Shown here piece after piece: positions 42,542 through 56,730 of a DNA stretch of 64,000 nt (its first letter is position 1; the number at the start of each line of letters is the position of its first letter). The translations under genes and the position numbers were made by a program. Under the pieces are notes generated by a model. The model had not been told where the DNA came from and made no database searches. It was given only the letters and a program-made list of their open reading frames with translations. The stretch lies in assembly GCA_012295275.1 (NCBI GenBank), contig CM022670.1, positions 38,006,001 through 38,070,000 of the forward strand, read 5' to 3'. The stretch is from Chrysomallon squamiferum (Eukaryota > Animalia > Mollusca).

Positions 42542-43535
42542 AGAGAGGTCTAGTACAGACGTAACTTCCGCATACAGAACCAGTCTCGTCTTATCTCGCG
42601 AGATTTCCTCGCTACGGAACAAGACTGCCTGTACGTACGTGTTTACGTAAACCTTTGCACACGTGCATTTCCGAATCGTTATAGCAATTTTTTGAAATAG
42701 TATAAAGGGTGATTCTTGGTTTTATGATTTTCTTTAATTATCTTTGCACAGAGTAGAGCAGCTAAAGCTTCACTTTCTTGCATGGTTTTCACATAAATGA
42801 TCGCCAAAGACAGACTCCCTTCTCTCCAAAAATGCTGTGGTTGAATTTACGTACCATTGTACTGCTGGCTGAACGAGATTATGCTTTCGGGTGATAAATT
42901 CAAACTAATATTTGCTTGAAAAATAGTAAATTAAGGTTGCTAACCCTCGTATTTGTCTTAAGATGTTGTTTTGCTTCTTGCTGAGAAATTAAAAAAAAAC
43001 ATTTATTTGTTCGCAAACGAAAATACTTGCCATTCCATTGTGTACTATAGTATTACAAGAGAAGCAAATAACAAATAATTTTGTATGTGACAAAATTTTC
43101 AAAAAAAAAATTTTCTATATAATTATATGTCATCAGAAACGGCAATAAAAACAGATTAAAAACGACTGCATCTTATCTTTGATAGCTTTGATACGAAAAC
43201 AATTACAAATTTTATCTGAATAAAATTTACTTGTATTTTTTATTCAGAATCTGTGGAGAACATGTGATCGATTTTTATCACATAGCAACATAAACACTGA
43301 ATATCTTATTATACATATTCAAACCAAAATATACATATATTAAATATCAAATATAAAGCTTTTTTTCTGAGTTCTAGATCTATAGTTACTTCCCTTCCTT
43401 GACCTATTTCGATTACGAGCTTTGTGCTTTACGTGGCACCTAAACTGAAACCACCGAGATACGTACGTGACCCGTAACGTAATCAGGTAACGTAATCAGA
43501 TACGAGAAAGGATTTTGTCTGTGCTAAACCTCTCT
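42542..43535. mobile_element. ~1-kb non-autonomous TIR DNA transposon (possibly PIF/Harbinger-related, Pangu-like)
   Basis: TIRs AGAGAGGTCTAGTACAGAC / AGAGAGGTTTAGCACAGAC (17/19). Flanks AAT and AAC form an imperfect 3-bp TSD. CpG-rich subterminal regions and no ORF. Confidence 0.75.
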
Positions 43536-43723
43536 AACAGACCAACACATACGATTGTTTATCTTTTCATTTACTGAGTATTTCCTTTCGTTCAGCGCTA
43601 TTCTTCTTCTTACTGTATTTACGCACAATGCGACGGCATTTACCAAAACACTTTAACCTGAAATTTAACAAGTTTATACGGTTCAAGAACGTATTCGAGC
43701 GTTTTACCCACCCACCTATTTAA

Positions 43724-43760
<37 letters not shown>

Positions 43761-44843
43761 GAAGATTCGTTAAGGTTTTTCTAGACAACTTCAGCTTAAT
43801 AATCTAGTAGCCCATCTGAAATACCTGAATACAAGAAGAAAAATGGAGATATGTTCGAACAGTAATCAAATTTGGCCTCGAAATATCATCGCGTCGCCTG
43901 TTAGTTAATAAAACATTGCTGCAATTGTCGGGTTTCGTTTGAGCGAAGCAAAAATAGCTCGTGACGTCAGTGCATGCGACAAGACTACTCGTTAGCGCGT
44001 TTTTGTTGTTCTCAACAAGATGTCGATCAGAATCATCCGTTTTTTTTTATGACGAGATCGTTTTAGAATTAATGACATACGATGTAAAGTTTAACGTGTT
44101 CGGTTTCCTCTTTATAGCTGTCGCTGAAAAAGGTCAGAACGCTATCGGATAATTACGTTAACTTGAGTGTAAAGTATTAACGACTTACACAAAAAAAACG
44201 TGATTAACTTCTAATCAGAAATATCACAGAAAACAAGTAAAATGAATTTTGATGAATAAATAGAAAAGTCTTTCTTCTATTAGTCTGGCATCGGCGTTTT
44301 TATGTATTGCATTTTGTAAAATAGCCAATATTCGTGACTTGTACGGGTATATCAGTTTTAATCCATGACAAATTATGTATATAATAAATCTGATTATATA
44401 ATTAGACGTATCTGTGTATTCACACACGTTAACGCACGTTATCATCTGTACATATTATATGAATGTTACGATCTGCCCCCGGCTCCTGTTAAACAGTCTC
44501 CTTAATAGTCCATATAGACGATGGCTTGATCTGCTATTTCGATATTTATTCGTTGATGTTGTTTGTTTTTGTGTTGTGTTGTGTTTTTCTCTCCTTTTTT
44601 CTCCATTTTTTTTTTTTTTTTTTTTTTGTTGTTTGGTGGTGGTGGGTTTTGTCGGTATTTTTTTACTGTTGTTTTGTTGTTGTTTTTGTTGATTTTGTTA
44701 TTGTTGTTGTTGGTGGTGGTGGTGTATTATTATTTTTTTTTTCAGTTGTTTTATTCTTTCTTTTTTCGCACAACAGATAACACTCTCATAAAATGATTTA
44801 TTATACTTATTAACAACACAATTTTAAATATGAAACACCATCA

Positions 44844-44927
<84 letters not shown>

Positions 44928-46073
44928 AGTTGTTTTTGTTTTTGTTTTGTTGTTGTTTTGTTGCTTTATTGTTGTTGGTGATGGTTTTCTTGTTGTTCAC
45001 AGTGTTACTATTACTTACTATTGATAAACTAAACACACATACACATAGTTTGTGTAGGTTTTTTTCTATTTTAATGCTACAATGAAGTCAAGTCAAAATA
45101 TCTTCAAAAGAGAAACTAATATTTTATTTTTTTAAATACTAAAAGAACCATTCATCGTACCTTTTCCATCAAGACGATTTTTAAAATTTACAAACTATAT
45201 TTTTTTTTTCTAACTCATATCGATTCTACAGTTTAATTTGAAGATTAAAGTTTATATTTCAGCATTTTTCTTAGACGTCTGAATTTAATACGTCTTTTTA
45301 AAAAAACAAATTCAATCGAAACTTGTAATTACTTCTTGTGATCAATCCACAAGCATAAAAAAAACTGAATGCTTCTAAAGTTGGTCAGACGATGAAAAAA
45401 AATACACAAGGATGAAAAAGATGAATAACTTTAAATCGCCCAGGGTCTACTGGAAAGCATTCATTTTTTTAAATACAACACCCCAGGTTTCGACTACACT
45501 TTGAAATAAAATAATTAGCTAAGAGCTGAAGATTTAGTTTGTTTAATCAAACAGTTTTAAAGGATTTGGGGTTACGAGTTGCTAAATATTGTCACGATGC
45601 ATCTGTTTTTTTATACGATTGATATGCCTGATGTAACAGTTAGTCTCTCTTATGTGAAATGGCCTCCATCATTTTTAATAACAATGTTCTTCAATAATTT
45701 TATTTTATATAGGGATATATATATAAAAATGTATTTATGCATATATGCATATATACATACATACATACATACATATGCAGAGTTTATTCAGACGTACATA
45801 AGACAAGAACATATTCAAAATCCTAAACTATATAGATATATAGATACATAGATACATACATACAATCATATACCAAAATACATACAATAATATGTACATA
45901 CATATAATAATACACACATACATATACAATCATACACGAATACATACATACAATGATACACAAATACATACATACAGTCTTGCATACAAGCACACACTGA
46001 TACATGCATAAATGTATAAATACACATATACATTACAAACATACAATTATACATACATACATACATACATACA

Positions 46074-46105
<32 letters not shown>

Positions 46106-46745
46106 CATATATGTATGTGTGTTTATATGCACACATGCGCACGCACTTGTAGAGACAATTAGAAACGGGTTTACATAATTTTAACGTAACCCTTTTCTGT
46201 TTATTAGAAAAATGTTTTTATTCTTTGGAATATACACTCATCATTGTTTGCGTTATTTACATGACTGGTTTAACCTGTTTGTTATTCCAGCCATGATTTT
46301 TTTATTACTCATTTATTATTTTCAATTTATAACGACGGGTTTGTTTTTTTGTTTGATATATGAAGAACACGTAATTTATAAACTAATGGATTATTTTCGA
46401 TGATATCCCATTAACTCAAAATGTCGTTGCTGTTCTCTGTAAGAATGGAATATGTGAAGTGAGAGCGACAACAATAGATAATGACAGGGAACAATAATGA
46501 CAGAAACGTTAATGTTTTCTGTGCAGATTCGGTGTATATATTGACCGACTATGTGTATAAACTGGTTGTACAAATAAGTTAATGTATTGTGTTTATTTAA
46601 ATGGAAGGTGAAAAAAGGTCGCATCCAGTGTTAAGCAGTGCCAGTGAATAACGTATATAAAATGCACGTTTGTACATACGATGGTGAGCACTTAAACATG
46701 TTCATAATTGTACACTGATTGATTAAATAATATTTAACAATAGCG

Positions 46746-46992
<247 letters not shown>

Positions 46993-48019
46993 GCTTCTGT
47001 TCAGAATAATGCGTAACAGGTAGCAAGATCAATTCTCTTCAACGTATCCTTTTCGCTGTTCCCCATTCTAGCAAGTGTTCCACTGTCGATTTAACTGAGG
47101 CTGTTTTATGAGTTTTCCTGTCTATGGGAAGTATTCATAAAAGATCCTACGTTGCTAATCTGCAACTGTAAACTACAGGAAACTGACTGCGAGTTTCCAT
47201 TCCCGTATGCAGACTTAATACAAGAAAACTTACAACCATTAATATTAAAATATGTTCAGGTGTTATTGAACATTGGTGACTTTGTGACTCACTCTTTAGT
47301 CATTCTGTTCATATGTTTGACGAGTTATAAGAATAAATGTTGGTCAGCAGTACAGAAATACAGAACATGTAACATGAAATACAGAATCTATAAACGTTTT
47401 GTGAGCGTATGTATGATAAGCGATAATTTATGTTGATCTTAATTCAAAGTTCCTGTTATGTTACTGATTTTTTTACTTGATTTTTTTTTAATTTTTTTTA
47501 TTTTTTTATGTATAAATATATAAATACAAATTGAAAAAAAAAAAAGAATAAAAATATATAAAGATAGATATGGCTATTGTACTCGGCTGTAATACATGGT
47601 TTCTCGTATAACTATCTCATACCTCGAGTTACCTGCGTACTTTGGCGCGAAGTTAACCGTTTAGCTCACAATCGGCGACATTTTATTTTACCTTTTTTTT
47701 TGTACGTTGATCGATTCACTGTATTGACCGACCTGGTTGTGTTCAAAACGCTTCTCTCTTTTCTTTTTTTTTTTTGTATTCTTTTCAATTCCTTTTAAAT
47801 CGAAGCCATTTAACGGTTCTCTCGTTCGACAAACAAGAGCCGCAATTGACGAATACAAACAAGAACGAGATCTGGCGCACCAAAACGGTTTTACAAAGAA
47901 AAAACTAAAAACGAACATCAATGGCTTCACTTAATAATTAGTTTACACGTCTGAATGGCGCGCGATATTTTCATGGTGATCCTCAATAGACGTGAATAAA
48001 GAGCAGATATGTCATGAAT

Positions 48020-48212
48020 ATACAGTCGGGGTGGTTGTATCTCCGCTGTTCAGATCTAATGACGGGGTGTGCGCTGTTGTGTGCCTGGCAACAAACGGGT
48101 GCAAGTTACAGAACGGATTTTTAAAAACTCGTGTGTTTTTGCTCTTGGATACCGGATGCTAACGAAATTCGCGTAATTCCGAAAATATGTAGAACTCTGG
48201 AACTAACGTTCG
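48020..48212 (+). promoter_or_regulatory. Candidate non-coding first exon/promoter of the CSPP1-like gene, with an X-box-like motif
   Basis: CpG-rich segment ending in the consensus donor CG|GTGAGT (48213). TGTGCCTGGCAAC at 48080-48092 has a perfect RFX half-site, GGCAAC. Confidence 0.5.
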
Positions 48213-48689
48213 GTGAGTAGAACCCGTCGCTTTCAGATGTTACAGTGTTGTGGGTGTCGTATATATATAAGTATGTGTCCGTGTGTGTGATGTGTGTGGG
48301 TGTGTGTGCGTTTGTGTGTCTCTAAACACGAGCTGCTTTATAATGATTATTCACACTAATTTAACACACAAATATATATATATATATATATGTCTGTTTG
48401 TACACGCACACACACACACACACATACACACACATGTATATGCATTTATGCAGATAACTATTATTATTATATATATATTTTTTATTTTTTTTTAAACAAA
48501 ATAAAACACCTCTTTCGTTTAGATACATTATTATTACTTCTCTTCTCTACATTCTTCTTACAATATAAAAATATAATATTTATCGAATATTACAACCATT
48601 AATATAATTCTGAACATTCTAGTATCAATCTGTAACCTGAAAGAAGATTATAGACGAAAAAGGCATCATTTATAGAGTTAATGAAGACA

Positions 48690-49004
48690 AATGTTTTCCA
48701 CGTAACTGAAATGAATTTTACGTGGCACCTCAACACACTTTTTAACAAGTTATTATGAGATACCAAACCTATTAATTTTAATAAATCATTTTAACCACTG
48801 CATGGGTTACAATTATTGACTGAGAATAATGGATTTTTTTATGATAATGCACAACACTGTACATCACAAGAAACCACGTAACATAACGTTTGATAAATTA
48901 ATCATGGGTACTGGCTAGAACGGAAAATAACCTAGAAGCACCGTTTAGGAGTCTTGATCCTACCAACTATCAGAAATCAGATGAATGTTCCTAACCAATG
49001 AACT
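48690..49004 (-). mobile_element. Degenerate tRNA-derived SINE
   Basis: Minus-strand head agttcattggttagg...ggatcaagactcc has A-box-like and B-box-like motifs at tRNA spacing. The body shares motifs with the 19-kb element. Confidence 0.45.
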
Positions 49005-49989
49005 TCTCAGAAACCAACAGTATGAAACTAAACAAGCTTACGTAATTATAGTAGTTATAGTTCCTAAATTTAAATTTTTATATTGTATAAATTATCGCGC
49101 TGGAAGTCATAGAAAGAAAACATTTAGCAATACTGGATTAACGCCAGTGTTACAGAAAGTCTTAAAGTATTATTTTATTATATAAAATTAATAAACAGAC
49201 TTACTAAAATTTAATGATGACGTTTAGATCTGTTTTCCTCTTTTGTAACCAACATAATCAAAAAATCGTATTTCATTATTTTATTTGCTTCGTTAGAAAA
49301 CTTATTTATTTATCTTTCCATTCAAATAAAATAATAAATTATATGTTTACAGACTATCTAGATGTTTTTCATATCTTGAAAATTTATATTTATATATTCA
49401 TCGACATCCTTAACCACACGCCTCTATTTAAAGAAACACACTTATTTATTACCCAAATGGACATGTGTACAAACACGTCAGAATATTAACTTGTTTTCTC
49501 TGTATTACACCGACAGACATGATTTATAGAAACATACTTGTACGATGATTTTATATCAGATTCAACATCAATGCTTGCGTAAACATATGCACTTTATATG
49601 AATATTTCTACAAATTCATATATCTAAAACATTCGTAAATACATATACACAAATACATACATACACACACATACATAGATACATATATGCATACAAACAT
49701 ATATATATGCATGTAATTTAAAAAAAAAATCAGGGGAGCGATGCGCTCAAACACACACACACACACACTCAAAGATTTTTCCAACTAACCATCAAATTAT
49801 CTTCCAATTCTTTTTTTTTTTTTTTTCTTTTTCGTTTTCTTTTTTCTTTTTTCTTTTTATTATTATTTTTTTTTTTTCCTTCTATTAAGCGAGTTATCTT
49901 CAGTTACCAAATCTTCATTTTCATTTTTTATTTTTTGTTTCACTTTAAAAAAAAAAAAAAAAAAAAAAATCATACAAGAACTCATCTTC

Positions 49990-50420
49990 TACGAGGAAAC
50001 GCGATATCCCAGTTTGTGCGGCAGACGCATTTTGTCAAAAATACGTTTCAAGTCGAGGCTCTGTTTTTTTCTTTTTTTTTTTTTTTTTATATTCACAGTC
50101 GCGAACGCTAGCGGGACTATTTGCCGCCTTTCACGGTAACCATGTCGACAAACAAAGCCGCCTGTTACTCGCACACATCGATAAAGAAAAGACTATAAAA
50201 GAAAGTCGAATTTGCCAGCTGAGTTGGCGTTAACTAAAGCGTTACCGTTACGAGAAAGAAAGACGAGAATATATCCGAGACTTTGTGGTTGCACAAGAAC
50301 CACGAGGTTCGTGTAAATTGATTGTGTGTGAAAAGAAAACGTACACAGAGGGGTGGAATGTGGAGTGCCTCAAAGCAGCGCCCTCTCGCGCCTACAACAC
50401 ACCTGCATTTTTCTGTGTTC
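49990..50420. promoter_or_regulatory. CpG-rich island, possible alternative promoter or enhancer
   Basis: High CpG density. X-box-like GTAACCATGTCGAC at 50136-50149 is followed directly by forkhead-like AAACAAA. Confidence 0.35.
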
Positions 50421-50613
50421 ATTATGTGAGAAAAATAATAATGATGATGATGATTAGTTAGAAAGTAACCGTTCGAAAACAACAAATATCATATCTTTTT
50501 TTTTTTTTTTTTTTTTTTTTTTCTAATCTCAGTCTCTCTCTGTGTTTCGTTTTATTTTATTTTTTTTTTTTTTTTTTTTTTTTTTTATTATTTTGTTGTT
50601 GTTATTATTATTA

Positions 50614-50651
<38 letters not shown>

Positions 50652-50661
50652 TTATTATTAT

Positions 50662-50696
<35 letters not shown>

Positions 50697-51907
50697 CTTT
50701 TTCTATCAATATTTCTTTATTTCTTTCTCTATTTATTTATTTCTATCTGTCTTTGTATGTATCTCTCTCATACACGGAAACACACATATACACAGAAAAT
50801 AATAATAATGAACTTTTGCAACACTTAAAATTTTGCTGATATATTTTTTCTTTACGATTTACAAACCTTAATATACAGAGCTAAACAATTACGCTGATGT
50901 TTTGATGTTGTTGTTTATCATACTATTATTATTAACTTATTATTTAGTTTCACATATATATTATTATTATTATTATTATTATTATTTTGATTTTATATTT
51001 ATTTATATAAAATTATTATTATTATTTTGATTTTTTAAAAAAAAATTTTAAAAAAAAAAAAAAAAAATTTATTATTATTATTATTATTATTTTTTTTTTT
51101 TTTTGTTCCTTTACTAGAATGTTCCTAAAATAATATTCATTCATTTTATCCATTCTCTAAAACTTCACACCTTACCCACTACTCTCCCTTACAAGAAACT
51201 GTGGCTCCGCTCCTGAACATGATATTCACTTCACTGTCAAGTCCTTTCTGTTCAGTGTTCTGTGACAACGAATTTTTTGTGCGGATTATAAACTGTAATT
51301 CACGTTCGTTTTCAAAGTCAAAAACTGTGAAAATCGATTACATAATACAACTTGTGTGTTCGTCTCCGATGACAAATTTTTGTTAAAAGTGAATACATAA
51401 TGTCTAGAAAGTAATTTTTTTTTTCTCTTTTTTTTTTTTTTTAAACTTATATATATATATATATATACATACAAATACACAGCGATTTTAGTTGTGTAAT
51501 AAAGTTGTGGTTTACGTTTATTTTGGAACGTAAATGAAGATGGATTAGATAATGTATCAAATCATATTATTTATTATTTTTCTAATTTAACTTAAAAATA
51601 ATTTGTTTAAGAAATATAATCTTAGATAAGGAGTATAAAAATTGAAAAAAAAAAAAAAAAAAAAAAAAAACAGGCTAAATCCGTGTTTATTTGTTTATGT
51701 CATTTTACAAAAATTTATTCTTCAGAAAACGTAAGTCAAAACACAAGCAGCTCGGAGCGTGTCCTGTACAGTTCTAGCATGTCTCAAAGATGTAACAATG
51801 ATAACTGGGTTTTTGGTTTTATATATATATATATATATATAGATAGATAGATACATACATACATACATACATACATACATACATACATACATACATACAT
51901 ACATACA

Positions 51908-51941
<34 letters not shown>

Positions 51942-52604
51942 CACATATATCACATGGTTAGTGTAAACTTACAGGTTTATCACTAAATTATTATATAAAG
52001 CTACATCGCAAGCAATTGGAATAACACTGTTTCGTTTATTATCTACCTTCATTTTCATTTTGTATGTATGTATGTATGTAGGTATGTATGCATCTATGCA
52101 TTTGACCTGGTTTCACGGAAAAACATTAACCAATGTTCACAAAGCTGCCAAATCGCGTTCTTTGAACAATTCAGAAGGAATTATTTCATTTGACCTACTT
52201 TCTCTAAAAACATAAAGTGAGTACGCAAACTTGCCAAAATGAACGAACAAGCCACCTCAGCAGACAAAAATGTGTTGCTGAAATTTTTATTTTTATTATT
52301 ATTTTTATTTTTTTTTTTTTTTCTTAATAAAATATTTAAAGGAATATAATGAACGTTTAAATCGGTGCCTCTCAGTCTGTTTCATCTATTTAACATTCCA
52401 AGCGACGACACAGAAAAAGGAAAAAAGTTTTAAAAAAAGAAAATTTCGACAATACTCTTTAGTCCAGTCTTGGTAAATATTTGAAATTTGTAAGTTTATT
52501 ACGAAATGAACATGGAGATTCAAAATATATGTAAAATGATGTTACAAGAAAAACGCGCCCATGTTTGAACTAGTCCACTTTACGTAACGGGTTTTCTGCA
52601 ATTT

Positions 52605-53110
52605 TACCAGCATGTCTATGTAACGTAACGAACGGCGTAGCAAAAAGATAACGTCTGTGAGTCTACAGCCACCACGCGTCTTCATAACACCACGTGCCTG
52701 TAACGTAATTAATACGTGTCGATAACGTAGCTAACCACAGTGTCTATAAATAAACCGTTACGTAATTATATTTTAACCGCCCTGTATCTATAAATAAAAC
52801 GCCTTGAGACTGTAATTCAGTCACTATTTCTAACTTAATGAACGCATATGTCTTATTTAGCCACCATAACAACTATGTGAGTATATGATAATTAGCATAA
52901 GTCGTTGGATTAACCATCATTTTGTTTGTATGACTAAACACCATGTATGTCAATATATCAATACATTACCACCGTGTATCTATCTGTACCTGTCTATCAT
53001 TTTTAACTACAAAATTATTCTGCCTGTAGTTTAACCACCATTTGTATATAACATCACCGCCATGCTTTTATTATTATCTACTGTTTGTCGCTAACATAAT
53101 CCCTATGCTT
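52605..53110. repeat. Old degenerate ~20-25-bp minisatellite (accaccgtgtctataacgta-like)
   Basis: Recurrent variants: accagcatgtctatgtaacgta, accacgtgcctgtaacgta, accacagtgtctataaata, accaccgtgtatctat. Confidence 0.55.
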
Positions 53111-54039
53111 CTAGTTTAAACACTGTTTGTCTGTTTGGCCTAGTTGAGCACAGTTCTTTTTTATCGTAGTCTCTATGACACCAATTTACACTAACGTCTC
53201 AATAACAGCTGATTAAAATAGACTTTTCTGCCTTTGACAAAAAAAAAAAAAACAAAAAAAAAAAGTATTTCGGTGACCAATACAGATAACGTGAAACTAA
53301 CACTGGTTATTGACATGTTTGTAGTCGCTGTTTATAAACCCTTATAGAATTTGGCTGTTACGTATCGAGTGACACATATCACTGAACTTTTACTTGTTAG
53401 ACGTAATCTTCAACACACGAGGAGCTAGTTTTCTTGTGTACGTAGCTTTTTGTTTACTTGGCAGGTAAACGCGTTTTTACATACTTTGTTTTGGCTTCTG
53501 TATGAAATATGCTAAGTCTGTTTCGAACTTCACAAAAAGATGGGAGAAATAACGGTGTTTTTGTACCGAGGTTCAAATAGGTACGTTTTTTTTTTTTTTT
53601 TCCTATCTTCTTATAATACAGAATAATTAGAAGTAGACTAGCATGTGAACAATTAATGGTTTTTATTGTTTGTTTTTTTTTTCAAATAGAGTTTGTTTAT
53701 TTATAGTAATCCAGTTGTTAAAATGGATCACGGATTTCGTAAATAACAGGAAAGCCTCAAAAAATAAAAAATAAATAAATAAATAAATGTTTGGCAGAAA
53801 TTAATTTCATTAGTCAAGTAATACAAAGATAAAAATATTGATGTGATATGCCATAGATACTTTTATTTAGTAGATAAAAATCTGTCTTCTTTTTCTTCTG
53901 CATTGTTCTTCTGCATTGTTCTACCTTTTACTCTCATGGTGTGTATATATATCTAATATATATACAGAGATACATTTTTGTACACATACATGCATAGTTA
54001 GATACATAGATAGATAGATAAATAGATGACAAATAGATA

Positions 54040-54330
54040 GACAGATAGATGAATAAATATACATAAATAGATGACAAATAGACAGATAGATGAATAAATA
54101 TACATAAATAGACAGACAGACAATCAGTCAGACAGATAGATGAATAAATATACATATTAAGACAGACAGACAATCAGTCAGACAGATAGATGAATAAATA
54201 TACATAAATAGACAGACAGACAATCAGTCAGACAGATAGATGAATAAATATACATAAATAGACAGACAGACAATCAGTCAGACAGATGAATAAATATACA
54301 TAAATAGACAGACAGACAATCAGTCAGACA
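54040..54330. repeat. 50-bp minisatellite, ~5 copies, derived from GATA/GACA microsatellite
   Basis: gacagatagatgaataaatatacataaatagacagacagacaatcagtca at 54081, 54131, 54181, 54231 and 54281. Confidence 0.92.
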
Positions 54331-54737
54331 GATAGACAGGCAGACAGACAGATACTCACATATATATAAGCAGACATATAAAGAGACAGATTATATGGGT
54401 AGACATATAAACAGATAGACATACACACATACAGACATACAGATATAGATAAGCAGCTAGACTGATAGAGAGATAGAGAGGTAGATATATATGTAGATAG
54501 ATATAGAGACAATTACATACATATATACATAAACAGGCAGATAGACTGACAGATAAAATACCTACTCACACACGGAAGTAGGTACATAGATACACAGAAA
54601 GATATACATACATAATGCATACATAGAGACAGCCAGGCAGAGAAACAAACACTTAGACAGATATACAAATAAAATAAATAGTTTCGATCGTGATCTCAAA
54701 TTCTGTGCTACACCTACACACACATGTACACACATGT

Positions 54738-54809
<72 letters not shown>

Positions 54810-54988
54810 GGAGAGACATACACTTACAAAAATGTGTAGATGTGAAGACCACGCTGGGATAACGTTACATATTTTACTATTTTTATTGTTTTATTTTATT
54901 CCACAGCTTATCTCACAGATTTCACTGAAAACATGAACACCTCGACCTAGTCTTCGTTTCACGTCTAGTCCCCACGGCAGCTGCAACC

Positions 54989-55046
54989 ATGGCGGTGTAT
55001 GTTGACAGGTACAGGATCCCGGAGATGACCACGTCTCTCAATATCG
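54989..55046 (+). CDS. CSPP1: CSPP1-like protein, coding exon 1
   Basis: Strong Kozak GCAACCATGG; MAVYVDRYRIPEMTTSLNI(G). Donor G|GTTAGT, phase 1, compatible with the next exon. Acceptors ttttattccacag (54906) and tctcacag (54918) lie upstream; in-frame TGA at 54926. Confidence 0.72.
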
Positions 55047-55486
55047 GTTAGTACGTTATTTGTTAGTAGGTTAGTAGGATTATTTGTTAGTAGGTTAGTA
55101 GGTTATTTGTTAGTAGGTTAGTACGTTATTTGTTAGTAGGTTAGTAGGATTATTTGTTAGTAGATTAGTACGTTATTTGTTAGTATGTAAGTACGTTATT
55201 TGTTAGTAGATTAGTACGTTATTTGTTAGTAGGTTTGTACGTTGTTTGTCAGTAGGTTTGTACGTTATGTTTGTCAGTAGATTAGTACGTTATGTGTTAG
55301 TAGGTTAGTACGTTATTTTTTAGTAGGTTAGTACGTTATTTGTTAATAGGTTAGTAGGTTAGTCGGTTAGTTGTTAGAAGGTTAGTAGGTTAGTAGCTTT
55401 TCGTTAGTAGGTTAGTGTGTTATTTGTTAGCAGATTAGTGTGTTATTTGTTAGTAGGTTAGTACGTTATTTGTTAGTAGGTTAGTA
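55047..55486 (+). repeat. 23-bp minisatellite (~19 copies) starting at the exon 1 donor
   Basis: (gttagtacgttatttgttagtag)n; the first unit supplies the GT donor. Confidence 0.92.
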
Positions 55487-55826
55487 AGAGCTATTTGTGT
55501 TATATGAGAGTATGTTATTATAATGCAGTGTATAAGACCAATATCGGAGTCCACTGATTTGCATCGTGTGCTGCTAGCTTGTTATGTAGGTTATAGTATT
55601 AAATCATATTAGTCTGTTCATTTAACTGTGTTTTGGCAGTAATAATAATAATAATAAGAAGAAGAAGAATAAGAATAAGAATATGAAGAATTTGGATAAC
55701 ATGAACAGCAATAACAATGGAAAAGAAAAACCAATATTGACACAGATATAATAATAACAACAACAACAATAATTGTAATAACAATAAAAACAAAAACAAA
55801 TGACAACAATAACAACAACAACAACA

Positions 55827-55860
<34 letters not shown>

Positions 55861-55871
55861 GTAGTAGTAGT

Positions 55872-55905
<34 letters not shown>

Positions 55906-56686
55906 CTAGTAGCAATAATAAATAAATCAATCAATAAATAAATAAAGCATTTTAGAGCCTATATTATTTTTTTTTTTTTTTTTTTTTTAAAGTTTATTTT
56001 ATTTTATTTTTTTTTTTTTTTTTTTTTTTTTTAGGGGGGGTGATATATTTGATTGTTCAAACTTAAAAGCTATCTAAAGATAATTAAAAACCATAAAACG
56101 TATTACAAAAACGATTCATGAATATTATTTTAACTTAATTACAAATGTGAAATAGTCTGGCTCCTTTAGCGTATTCAGTACATGCTGACACTGGCAAAAT
56201 TTGATTAATGTGTTTTGTCTTGGATTGTTGTCGTCGTTGTTGTTGCTGTTAATTAAATATTTAAAAAAATAATGAACACTCTGTTATTACATTCCTGAAG
56301 TATTTATACAATTCAAAAAAACAATAATTATTGTAAAATAAATAAATATTATTTTACTGTGAATTGCTTCTAAACGAAGCAATAAGCCAGGAAACGACAT
56401 GTAATTGTATGTCATGCACAGGAATAAAAACCAGCCTGATATTAAATAAAATAATAAAATGGTGTTTGTTACCGGACGTACATCTCGAATGTACTGTTGA
56501 TATAGCATAACTCTTCATCCAAAAAATTGTTTCATTTTGGGTGAAAAATAAATATTTATTCTGACTAAACTAAATAAATATTAAGATGTTAATAAACTGA
56601 AATGCAATCCAAAGCTGTTTACTCCGTAGATATTTTAACCTGAATGACCTTAAAATATATTCATATGAAGAATTTCTCTATTTTAG

Positions 56687-56730
<44 letters not shown>

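Noticed and set aside
47737-47934. Protein-like ORF (RAAIDEYKQERDLAHQ) upstream of the CSPP1-like gene
   Set aside because: Ends in a stop with no good donor and cannot be linked in frame to the CSPP1 exons.
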